A stretch of DNA of 64,000 nt. Source: Macrostomum lignano (lineage: Eukaryota). The translations under genes were made by a program, and so were the position numbers. This document shows positions 37,035 through 48,632 of the stretch, one piece after another (position 1 is the first letter of the stretch; every line of letters begins with the position of its first letter). Location: assembly GCA_002269645.1 (NCBI GenBank), contig NIVC01000362.1, positions 372,001 through 436,000 of the forward strand, in the 5' to 3' direction. Under the pieces are notes generated by a model. It saw nothing but the letters and a program-made list of their open reading frames with translations, did no database searches and was not told the DNA's origin.

Positions 37035-39428
37035 TCAGGCATTAATAGGCTGATAAGCGCTGACAGCGCCGTCTGGCGCCGGCTGTCGGCACCTGCGCAC
37101 GCACAGATAGATAACGGCGGCCGACATCAAAAGAAACGGCAGACCCAAGCCGCACAGAATGACAATAATTACCAGGGTTGACACAGCATCGGCTGGCGGC
37201 TGGCCGAGGCCAACGGAAACCGTCCTTGGAGAAGGTAAAGTAAATTAAAGTTTGGTTTACTAGCGCGTAAAAGCTGTAGCCGAAATCAAATTAAAATGGC
37301 TGGGATTTTTAGCTTTCACTTAGTAAAAAAATTAAAATACTGTTAGAATAGGACCCATATTACAATTGATACCAATCTAGCACTACGGTTTTTAATAGCC
37401 GGATCTGAACCAATGACAATGGCAATTGAATTTTCGATAATGGCACCTAGATGTTCGATAATGGCACCCAGATTGTCTATAATGGCACCTAGATCTACTA
37501 TAATGGCCCCTAGATTTTCGATAATGGAACTTTGATTTTTGATAATGACAAATAGATTTTCGATAATGGCACTTAGATTTTCGATAATGGCACTGATTTT
37601 TTCAATAAAATGGCATTTAGATTTTTGAAAATGGCTCCTAATTTTTTGATAATGGCACTCAGATGTCCGATAATAGCACCCAGATTTTAATAATGGCACC
37701 TAGACTTTCAACAATGACACCTAAATATATATTTTCGATAAAAATCAATATAGATTTCTATTATATAATTAGCACTCTTGATTAAGGCAGATGTAAGATT
37801 TCTAAATGAACCTAAAAAAAGACTTATTAAAAAGTAATAAAAGCCCGAATAAAATGTAAAGCACTCACCACACAGTATAGTTAGTTGCAGCGTAAAACTT
37901 GTCCTTGGGAATGCCAAATGTGACATTAATAGCTCTGGCGCCGGTTAACTGAAGCAAATCGCCTCCATACAATGGATAGGCAAAGCTATTGTTAAGCGCC
38001 TCAGTTAAGCCAACTGACAACTGAACAAGGTCCGTATGCTTCACAACTGTACTGTTACTAATAGTACGCTTCTCAGCTTTATAGCACACCGGTTTCCATT
38101 GAGCGTAGCAAGAATCAGGCGAAAGCCAATTAGACATTCGAAATACACCGGGCGTGAATTCGTCATCAATATTGAGTACGTATTCAATCTTCTGTTCTCT
38201 CTGCATTCCATCGGCATCTGGTGTGCCGTCTAAGAGAACAGTTTCAACACCGAATCTGGCATCTGGCACGCTGCTAAACAGATCTTTGAGTTGGAATTCT
38301 ACTTGAGTATTATTGCTAGTGAATTGCAACTGAGGCAGATCGTCCGCTCTGCCTACTGTAGGCGACAATTGCACTTTTAATTTCAAACTGCTGCCGTTCT
38401 TTTTAAATATTTCAGCTAGCTGTTCGTCTCCAGCGTTATCAACTGAGTAAGTGGCCGGGTCAACCTCCGGTGCCATCGTTTCTGGTGCGATTCATAATGG
38501 CGATTAGGATGAGATATAGGTGCCCTATAGTAATCAATTATAGGCTGGTTTTCTAATGGGGTTTAAAGGGAATTCTACAGATTAGAGGAGAATTCTATTA
38601 GTGGATTAGAGAAAGTTCTATTATCGGATCAGAAGGGAATTCCATTACCGGATCGGAGGGGAATTCTATTATTTGTTTAGAGGGGAATTCCATTATCGGA
38701 CCGGGGGAATTCTCTTATCGGATCGGAGGGGAATTAATTTATCGGATCGAAAGGGAATTCTATCATCGAATCGAAAGAAAATTCCATCATCGGATCGAAG
38801 GGGAATTTTATCATCGGATCGGAGGGGAATTCTAATGTGGAGATTCCTAAACTGTAAGACCCGTAGATACAGGAGACATTTAGTGCAAAGCAGATCTATT
38901 AGCACCTTACCCATCATACTATAAGCAGACAAAACAAACTGAGTCAAGCCGTTGCTCAGAATCTCCGGTGCCTGTTCCAGCCGCCACAGAAAACTACTGA
39001 ACGGATAGACGTGAGTAGTATTAACAGGATTTGTTGGAATCTCGACTTTGTCATTCTTGTCGGAGTATTCGATTAGCTAAAATTATATATAAAGGATGCA
39101 GTTGAAAATATCATTATCAAATTAGCATTGTGTCAGAGTACTGGACTTACATTGGTGAAAGCAAAAGTAAACTTCGACATTAATTTAGCTTTCGGATTGC
39201 TAAACGACAAAGCACTGGCCTTGTCCGTTGAATTGGCAGAGAATATATCAGGCCAGGACACGCTGGCTACTTGTTTAGGATCGTCAAATTGAGCATAGGA
39301 GATGGCCACATCGCCGAGGCCCTCGCCAACTGTGACAAATACATGTAGAGAATCTGCGCTGCGTTGCAAGCGACTGTACACAAGCAGGGTGCCGTTGTTG
39401 CACAGCGATTGACAGCTTGGATTGACCT
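37035..39428 (-). CDS. GLMP: Glycosylated lysosomal membrane protein (GLMP/NCU-G1)-like, 5'-partial; join(39428..39151, 39076..38911, 38442..37869, 37224..37035)
   Basis: Motifs EVNPSC..C, LIEYSDKND, LPQLQFTSN, SIDDE-like IDDEFTPGVF, YAQWKPVCY, TNYTVW, VGLGQPPAD, a TM helix with GLGLP, and a C-terminal YQPI (YxxPhi) lysosomal signal. Exon phases are consistent. Confidence 0.85.
37430..37740. repeat. 21-bp minisatellite (GATAATGGCACCTAGATTTTC) in a GLMP intron
   Basis: About 14 degenerate copies. Confidence 0.88.
38600..38840. repeat. ~22-bp minisatellite (ATTATCGGATCGGAGGGGAATTC) in a GLMP intron
   Basis: About 10 degenerate copies. Confidence 0.85.
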
Positions 39429-39537
39429 CTGTTACGAACTAGGGTTATATAGGGAAGAAAATGTTTATGTAGTAAAGTAATGGATTTTGCTGATTTGTTT
39501 TTCTACACAGTCAAGAGCTAAGGTTTTATATGCTCAA

Positions 39538-39838
39538 TGATAATAATAATAATTGACTACGCCTGCCCTAATTGGCAGATGTGCAACCAACAGCTCAGCC
39601 GCAGCCATTGCGCGGCGCATCTGAAGACTGTTCAGTCCAAGGATTGGGGGTCGCCACACAGCTTCAATTACCCCAGCTAATGCTGGCACTCATTTTACAG
39701 CTGGGTGAACTGAAGCAATACAGAGTGTGTTAAGTGTCTTGCTGAAGGACACACAAATTGTTCCAAGTGGGATTGGGATCAAATCCTTAGCCTTCTAGTC
39801 ATGAGTCTGACGCTCTAACCATTAGGCTACAGCCCCCC
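39538..39838 (-). mobile_element. Full-length tRNA-derived SINE, family B, with a CORE/Meta-like central block
   Basis: Minus strand reads GGGGCTGTAGCCTAATGGTTAGAGCG (A box)...GGATTTGATCCC (degenerate B box)...GTGTCCTTCAGCAAGACACTTAAC...CACCCAGCTGTAAAATGAG...(ATT)n. The 3' part recurs at 7680-7845. Confidence 0.75.
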
Positions 39839-40349
39839 TTAGGTTCACAAACATTAAATTGCTTTTTTCATTGAATTACTTTAAAAAATCAATTGTTATA
39901 TAATATGTTTTATAAGTAAGTTTCTATCCAAATTTAAATATAATACTACCTTTGTAGCATAATACTGGGGATCAGGCAATATCACATTTTCAAGATTTTA
40001 AAGACTCAATGCCTATATTTAATTAACTTTAGAAGTACAATACAATAATGCATTTTTTTCCAGGTTCTATCACCTGTAAAGTCAAAGTGTATAAATAAAC
40101 TATCAATTTTTCTTCCTACTTACTAGGGTAGAAATACAACTCTACTATGAGTAGAGTTAAAAGGATGACCAGATTGAAAGATGTAACAGTTTAAAAAAAA
40201 TCATTTCAAGCTGCACAAGTCAACTTTTTTCCAAGAACACAAAACCAAGGTTAAAACTGACAAGTGTGCCAAGAATTACATGTTTAAAATTTTGTCTAAC
40301 CCCTACATAATAAAAAAATACAAACACACACCACACACTAAAGTTTTTT

Positions 40350-40985
40350 GGGGGGTGCTTACTATCAAGGGGATGCTTGCTCTCTAGGAGGGTACTTGCT
40401 ATTTGGGAAAGAGGGATACTAGCTACATGTATCTACAATTCTACATGTATGGGATTCTTTATATCTAGAGATGTTTGCTTTTTAGGGATGCCTACAAAGA
40501 AGAAAGAATTGGTTCTTAAAAGAATATGCTTTATAAATTGTTTTCCATGAATAATATTTGCTCCTTTATTATTGGGCACCCTGAAGGGGGGCACTAGATT
40601 GCTAGTCTTTCTTTCTCAAAATAATAAAAAGACAATAAAAAAAGCATTTGCAAGGATAACAGGCATCCCCCTTAAATAGAAAACAGTCTCCAAGACAAAA
40701 AACATTCCTCTATATAGCAAGTATCCCCAATAATAAGCAACCTTAGACATCAAACATACCCTAAGATAGCAAGTATCCCCTAGATAGCAAGCATACCCCC
40801 TAAAGAGAATAACTCTCAGATAGCAAGCATTCCTAATAGTAAACAACCCTAGGCAGCAAGCCTCCTAAAGATAGCAAGCATCTTCTAATAGGAAGCACCC
40901 TAAGTAGCAAGCATCTTGTGCATCCCTTAGATAGCAAGTACCCTCTAATAGTAAGCAATTCTAAGCAGCAAGCATCCTTCCAAAA
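40350..40985. repeat. Two diverged repeat arrays in opposite orientation (ATGCTTGCT.. / ..AGCAAGCAT)
   Basis: Left units such as GGGATGCTTGCTCTCTAGG; right units such as CCTAAGATAGCAAGTATCCC. Confidence 0.6.
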
Positions 40986-41170
40986 AGCTAGGGATTGGAC
41001 ACGATCACAATTTCATGAATTCACAAACATTTTTTCACAATTATGATTTCCTTGAAACCCATTTATGAGGTCATGAATTACTGCTTATTTTTGTGTTTAA
41101 ATGATAACTTTCTATTTAATTTAGTACAATAAAAATGTGAACACAATTGTTGACTTTACAGCAATACTAG

Positions 41171-42290
41171 TGAAGTGAGCACTAGTTTAGTGTTAGGTGC
41201 CCCCTTTATCAGCTGTGCCCTGCGCCCTTCTGAGCTGTTGGCTGCCGCTGGCCGCAGCTCTCCCTCTCGCTCCCTCTCCCTCTCGACCTCTCCCGCTCCC
41301 TTCTCTCCCTTTCCCTCCCTCGTTGTCCTTTTGTCTGCCTGCGCTCCCTTTTGTCCCCCCTTTTTCCGGTTTGTTTGCGTTCCCAGCGTCTGAGCTTCTC
41401 CGCTCAGCCTGTCCTTGATTCTTTGTCTGTCTCCATCCCCCCTTTTGTGTGGCTGCGTTCTCTTGGCTCGAGTCCAGCCAGTTCCGCTTGTCCTCTCTCT
41501 GTCTGGCCGTACGGGAGCGGATCACGTGCCCCAGGCGCTCTGTCCTTTTGCGCTCCCTTGTGCAATCTCGTGTGTCAGGCTCTAAATTAGGAAAGGCGTC
41601 CTTGCCTCTCAAGTTGGGGGTTCCGCGCCTGTTTCTAAATTTAGATCTGAATCACGCCAGATTGGGGGGCAGTGAGAGCGGCCTTGCGTACTCTGGCGCA
41701 ATGGGGAGGCTTTCACTGTATGGTGAAATCGATCCGCTACCCTATAAGTACGGGCCTCTCGTGCCTCTGTTTGGCAACCCTCTGTGAAACCTCTCGTTTA
41801 CCTGTGCGTTAACTCTTCTGATAACTGCTCTCTTGGAAGTCCAGCGCAGCTTGCGCTAGGCCTTGGCCAACCCATTTGATTTCTGATCCATCTGCGACTG
41901 TGTGTCCTCGAGTGTGCTAAATCCCAACCGAACTAACAGAGACTAGCACAGTTCCTCATCCCCGCACTTGAGCCCGGCAGGACCGCTGACGAGGTGTGCA
42001 CCGGTACGAACTGTCAAATCTGCACGGCGTGCTGAGTTCTCGTGTCTCGTTTATTTCGCTCAGCCCGGAGTCTCCCTCACCGAAGTACAAGATCCGAGCG
42101 AGCTGGTGGCAGCACTACCTACTCTACAAGTATCGTTTCTAAGAAACAGGCAGCTAGAGGTCACCGCCCTGCGCCAGGAAACCTACCAGGCCATCCCGAG
42201 TCAACATCGAAGAAGCCTGTACATCACTGGTGGCAGCGATTCTATTGAAGACCTCGAGACAACCCAGAGACAACAACAACAAACACTTCA
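41171..42290 (+). repeat. 5' LTR (1120 bp)
   Basis: TGAAGTG...CACTTCA terminal inverted repeat; colinear with 50335-51491. Confidence 0.93.
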
Positions 42291-42291
42291 C

Positions 42292-42309
42292 TGGAGGCAG
42301 CGGTGGGAT
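42292..42309 (+). promoter_or_regulatory. Primer-binding site, tRNA-Leu type
   Basis: TGGAGGCAGCGGTGGGAT begins 1 nt after the LTR and matches 17/18 to the complement of a tRNA-Leu 3' end as I recall it (TGGTGGCAGCGGTGGGAT). Confidence 0.8.
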
Positions 42310-42378
42310 CCGACTTCGAAACACCCAAGCCAACCGCCCTTTTTCGAGAACGACTTTTCGGTCAGCTACGAGATCAGC

Positions 42379-43553
42379 ATGTTCAACGAGCGAGACGAGA
42401 GCCGGAGTAGCAGCCGGCTGGATCAGCACATCAGCAGTTCGAGGCCTGCGGCAGCAGACGCCGCCGCAGCAGCAGCAACGACCGGTGACTTCTGTCAGAG
42501 GCCCGCGCCGAGGCGAAGTGTACGAAGCGAGGTGTCCGAGGACCCGCCAGATGAGCTTCTGCGAGGCTTGGATGACCTTGGCCAGACCGTCAGACCCTTG
42601 GACCTGAGGACCATGATGGCAGCCCTGCAGCAGCAAATAGAGCGACCGGTGAGTAAACAGATTAAGATTGTTAAATTTACTCCAAGTCAGGACATTCATG
42701 TCTGGCTTGCCGCGTTCGAGCAGCGTTGCGAGATTGAGCGAGTCGTCGACCCGTTCGAGATGAAGCAGCACCTCATCGCGAGTCTAGATCTGTCTACTGC
42801 GTATCCAGCCCTGCCCAGCATGCATCTGCCAAGGTTCGCCAGCTACGAGGAGGTTAAACAGCGTTTAATCGAGCGATTTACGCGCCACGGTGGCGCTGAT
42901 GAGTATCGAGAGCTTCTAAGGAGGCGTCAGCAAGGCAAGAATGAGTCCGTAGAAGAGTACGCTGACTCGCTGCGCACCCTAGGGGAGCGCGCATACCCGA
43001 GGATGCACCCCGAGGACCGCGAGAAGGAGCTGGCTGATCAGTTCCTTGCCGGCCTGCGAACCACCCCAGATCTGCGAGAACGACTGTATTGGGTGCGCCC
43101 AAACAAAAGCTTGCTGCAATTCGAGAGCTGCACCGTCTAGAAGGTGCCAGAGAGCTGGCTCAGCGCTCCGCTCAACCCCCGGTTAGGATGTTGGACGGGG
43201 AGCAAGACGCTCGCCCGATCCCAGACGCCACTGCGCAAGCCCTGTTAGCTTTGACTGAAGTACTCGAGAAGCAGCAGAAGCTGCTCAGCGACTTGGCTCA
43301 GCGTGATCAGCAGCAGCAGACGAGCCCGCCGACGAAGGCCATGATCTGCTATGGCTGTGGTCAGCCAGGCCACCGTAACGCCCAGTGCCCGCTCCGCCAG
43401 AACCAGGGAAACGGCCAGCCGGAAAGCGCCCACGGCACCGCCCTCCGAAGAGCCGAAGCCCCGGCTACTTGGCAGACTCCGAGAGGTCACGAGAAGAAGA
43501 GGATGTCGGCTGCGCAGGCGCCAATGCCCAGTCCGACAGTCGCTCGTCAGTAA
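42379..43553 (+). pseudogene. gag, with one frameshift near 43090-43140
   Basis: Capsid-like VWLAAFEQRC and RRRQQGKNESVEEYADSLRTL; zinc knuckle CYGCGQPGHRNAQC in the second frame. Confidence 0.85.
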
Positions 43554-46500
43554 GTGGCGCGGAGCCCGGAGGTTTCGTGGACACCTCCGATGATCAAAAA
43601 ATCCATGTGCGTGAGGCCGATCCGTACGTCACAGGTCGAGTTGCGAGTCGAGAGGTCGCTTTCCTGCTAGACAGCGGCAGTAGGAAAAACTTTCTTGGTT
43701 CGTCAACCTGGGCCGCTATTAGACGCCGGATGCCTCGGTGTATCATATCGCATGCTATCCCAGACTGCGTGACCATGTACGACGGTACGCAACTACCCCT
43801 TGCTTGTAAGGTGATCATCCCGGTGGAGTTCGGTGATGTCGTCGCGGACACCGAATTTCTCGTCACGGTCACCGATTGTGAAAATTTACTTGGTGTATCT
43901 TTCATGCGTGAACATTGCCAAAACTTGGACTTCGCTCAAGGAATGCTAAAGTTCAACAATGGCGCGTGCATTCCCGTTCGCTATTCGCGCCGTGAGCTTC
44001 AATCATGCCGGGTGTACACCTCCGAGAAGTGCATCCTGCCGCCGAGAAGCTCAGCGCTGCTGGCCGTCCAGTTGGATGTCGGCCACCCCGAGAATCGAGG
44101 ATCGCCATCAATCGTCGAGTTGGTGAAGTCGAGACTGCATCCCAGCTGCAACACTCTGGAAGCAGCTCCAGCTCTGATGACTATGCCTGAAGGTCGAGGC
44201 TACATCGAGGTTGTCAACACTGCTGACTGCGAGGTGTTCCTGCAGACGGGCATCCGCATTGGTGTTGCGAAACCACTTAGAACTGCCGACCTGATGTACC
44301 TGGAAGAGACGCCGGAACCTGAAGTTCGACATCTGCCAAGGAGCCCTGCAGAGCCCAGCACAGCTTGGCTAGAGGAAGTCGAAATCAACAGCGAGCTGTC
44401 CGAAGATCAACGACAGAGAGTGCGAATTCTACTAGTTGAGTGTCAAGCAGCCTTCTCGAAGCATCTGCTAGACGCTGGCCTGACACACCTGGTGACCCAC
44501 GAGATCATGCTGAAGGATCGGACACCAGTTGCGCTACCACCGCGCAGGATCCCGCCTCATCTGAAGGACAAGCTAGACGCCCTGCTAGACGAGATGCTGG
44601 CGAAGCACATCATTCGCCCGGCCTTTTCTAGCTACAACTCGCCAATGCTGATAGTGCCCAAGAAGGACGGCAACATCCGGCTGGTGCATGACTTCAGAGC
44701 TCTCAACAACAAGTGCGTGTACCACCCGTACCCGCTGCCGCACATTCAGGAGACTTTCGCAAAGCTGCGTGGTGCCCAGTGGTACTCTAGCTTGGATCTC
44801 GCTCAAGGATTCTGGCAGATCCCGCTGCGCGACTGCGATCAGCACCTGACGGCGTTCTCTGTGATTGACCGCGGACAATTCTGTTTCAATGTTCTACCGA
44901 TGGGTCTCCACGACAGTCCCGGAAGCTTTCAGCGTTGCATCAATAAGCTCCTGGACGGCCTGACGTCAAAGACTGCGCTTGGCTACATGGATGACATCGT
45001 GGTGCACTCCGTGACCTTCGAGGAGCAGCTGGACAACCTGCGGACTGTACTCCAGCGGATTATCGCAGCCAACCTCAAGATCAAGCCGAAAAGTGCCATT
45101 TGTTCCTCAAGGAGCTGCATTATCTAGGTCACGTCGTGACTCCCGACGGCCTGAAGACCTGTGAGGACAAGATTGCGCAGATCCGTGATTGGCCCGTGCC
45201 ACAGTCCGTTACTCAACTAAGACAATTCCTAGGCCTCGCCAATTACTACCACAAGTTCGTGAACGGCTACGCTGGATATGCTGCGCCGCTGCATGCCCTG
45301 ACTCGAAAGGACATCGGCAGCCTGCGGCAGCATTGGACTGATGAGCACCAGATAGCGTTAGACACGTTGAAGAAGAAATTGTGTTTGACTTAAGTTCTCG
45401 CTCTGCCTGAGTTCAACTGTGAAGTTTGTCCTCGACACTGATGCCTCAGACATTCGCATAGGCGCTTGTCTTGGACAACGGCAATCCGACGGCGTCGAGC
45501 GCCCAATTGTATTCTTTAGCCGGAAACTTCGTGATCCTGAGAAGCGCTACACGGTTACGAAGAAAGAGCTGCTTGCAATCGTGGACGCTATGCGACATTT
45601 CCATCATTATTTAATTGGCAAGAAGTTTGAAGTTCGTTCTGACCATCGGGCCTTGCTGTGGCTGCTGAACCAGACGCAGGTCACAGGCATCTTGGGCCGT
45701 TGGATTGAGCGACTGAGCGAGTTCCGCTTCCAGCTTCACCATCGCAAAGGCAAGGACCACGCCAACGCTGACGCCCTGTCAAGACGCCCGGAGACACCAC
45801 CGGTTGACTTCAAGCATGGCCGACTGCTTGAGCATCCCGATTCTGCAGCCCGACACGATGATGACACCAGCTTGGAGCCGGACTTGAACACCACCCGGAA
45901 GGCCACTGCAAGACCAGCCCTTTCGAAGAAGGTCCGCACTCGCAACAAGGAGGCCAAGACTGCCCTGGCCGAAGACCTGAAGGCCACCGCGCCAGCAGCC
46001 CTTCAGCACGACGACCATCGCCGCAGTCAACGCCAAGAGACCGGTCTGGACAGCAACCCGGAGGCCACTGACACCTCAGCCCTCCGCAGCGACGCCCATG
46101 CCAACTGCCGATACTTGGAGATTCGCCCAGACGAAGCCTCGGAGGCCCCTGCTGACGTAGACCTCCTTGACGATGTCCAAGACAGCGGATCTCGGGACAT
46201 GGAGACGCCCATGGACCACGACTCAGAGGCCACTGAACAAGCAGCCCTCCTGATGACGGCCCACAGTGCAGATCCAGATCAGCAATGTAACTGCAAACCC
46301 CCGGAGTTTTGCGCTGAGAGTTCTCGCCGTGTTGACAGAGGCCAGACTCTCGCGACGGCTGCAAGGTCAACGCTCTGTCCCCCGAGCCGACAGACAGCTG
46401 CTCATCGCCTGTGCGGAAAGTCGAGTCCCCCGTTGCGACACCGCCCAGTGCAGGAGAAAACTCACCCAATGTCGACGATTTTGGAGCCGACGGCTACGGC

Positions 46501-48590
46501 TGCCTGCGACGGGGCGTGCTTAACGTGTTGCGTCTCGCCCTCCAGCCAAGAGTCGCCTGGGCTGTGCAGTGGAGGCAAGTGCACTGCTCCAGCTGCAGAA
46601 ATTTCTGTCAAGAGAGCGACGATGAGAAACTTCGAAACGAGATCAGCGATCGTACGCCGACGTTGTGAGACAAAGTCCCTCGGAGCGACCTAATCCTGAC
46701 GCCAACAAGACGGAGTCGTGTGATCAACTGCGAGCCAAAGAAGCGGAGACTGCGGGAGTCATGACCCCTCAGCCATGCCGTGCTGTGCTCACGGATTTTC
46801 TGAGGTTGCTGATGACGCGGCAACAGTTTGTCGACGCGCAGCGCGCTGACTGAGCTATCAGCTACGTGTTCAACCTGGTCGAGAACAAAGCCCCGAAGCC
46901 CGAGTTCGACGCCCGGTTGCGGCTGACGAAGGAGCAGCGGAACCTGCTCGGATATTTCGAGAATCTGCGAGAGGACAACGGCCTGCTGATGATCGACCTG
47001 ACTGATGGCCAGCAGTCCTCGAAGGTTGTCCTACCCGAAGCCCTCGGTGCCCAGGTGCTCCAGGAGCTCCACAGTTCGCCACTGTGTGGACACCTAGGCC
47101 AGACAAAAACGCGGAAACGACTGCGAGAAAGATTCTGGCGGCCCGGATTAGCCCGTGTCACCGAGAATTTTATCAGCGAATGCCGTGCCTGTCTCGAAAG
47201 CAAATCGCGAAGGCGAGACAAAGTTCCAGTTCAAAGCTTCCCAGGCTGCGAAGTACTAGGAAGAGTACACTGCGATGTAGTAGGCCCTATTGCCCAGAAG
47301 AGCAAGAGCGGGAACCGCTACATATTGACCTTGTGCGATGCAACGTCGAAGTACCCGTTCGCCTACCCGATGAGGAACCAGAAAGCCAAGACTATCATCA
47401 AGATCCTGCAGGAGCGCCTCATCCCAGATTTCGGTGTACCCTGTTGGATCCACACGGACCAAGGAACCAACTTCACCGGCTCCGCTTTCAAGAAGTTCTG
47501 CAACCTGTTTGGCATTCGACATACTACAACAACTCCGTACAACCCAGCTTCCAATGGTCAAGTCGAGAACCTCAACAAGCAGCTGAAGAGCGTTCTCACC
47601 TGCCTCCTCGAGCGAAACCACAATGACTGGGACACCTTCCTTCCAGCCTGCCTGATGGCTCTCCGCTCCAGTGTACACCCGGTGACAGGATTCACGCCCC
47701 ACTACCTGGTGTTCGGCCGTGACTTCCGACTGCCGATCGACAACGCGCTGAAGAAGCTGCCCGAGTATGCCGACTTGCCCGACTATGTCAAGGACTTCCA
47801 ACGCCGTCTCGACGATGCCACCGAGCTAGCCAAGGATCGTCTGCATCTCCATCAGCAACTGCGAGACGAGCACTACTCCAACCTGCCGAAGGCCAAGAAG
47901 CTCAAGCCCGGTGATTTGGTTTTCCTCAACAACCCGGTGCTCGAACCGGACGAGGCAGCGAAGTTTCATCGACCCCGCAAAGCACTCTATGAAGTCATAG
48001 AACCCAAAGGCGAGGTGGTCTACAAAATTCGCCGTAGACTGTCCAATCCGCGAGCCAGACGGGATGAACTTGTTGTTCATCGCCGCAACCTGCTCCACGT
48101 TCCTGACGCTGACTACGCGATGATTTCAGATCCCGAAGTCGAGAAGGCGAAGAAGCGCAGACGACAGCCAGATGATCCTGACGGTGCAGGACCCGCGACC
48201 CTGCCACCGGTTCCCGAGGACGAGCTCGAAGATCCCGATGACGACGAGGATGACGATGTGAGGCCGGCTCTCTGGTGGTACTTCCGGCCTCTGGCGATCC
48301 CGGAGGTGCAGCCAGGAGGTGGACCGATCACGACACCAGCGAACCAGGCAAGTGCACTTCGGCGTGAGCCAGTGCCGTATGGTGAATGCCACTTGCGTGA
48401 GCCTGTTTCTAATGCATCTGTGCCTGCTGCTTCCTTTTCGCCTGTCCATGTCCCTACTCCCCCCGAACCTTTTTCTGCAGTAAAATCTCGTGTACCATCG
48501 CCATGCACCACTCAGGTGGAAGCGCCTGTAGAGCCTGTAGGTTTAGGTAGGCTAGCTAGGGATCGTAGGCCTCCAGAGGCTTCTTATTAG
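43406..48590 (+). pseudogene. pol (protease, RT, RNase H, long linker, integrase), disrupted
   Basis: FLLDSGS; YNSPMLIVPKKDG, LDLAQGFWQI, VLPMGL, YMDDIVV; LDTDAS...ELLAI...SDHRAL...NADALSR; HSSPLCGH..C, HCDVVGP, HTDQGTNF, GQVENLN, KPGDLV. Frame breaks near 45100, 45400, 46670 and 46851. Confidence 0.93.
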
Positions 48591-48632
48591 CGACAAACTA
48601 GGGCGCAAACGTACGCTAGTCGCACCGCCCGC

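Noticed and set aside
41175-41787. ORFs within the LTRs (also 50361-50988)
   Set aside because: Derived from CT-rich low-complexity LTR sequence; no recognisable domain.
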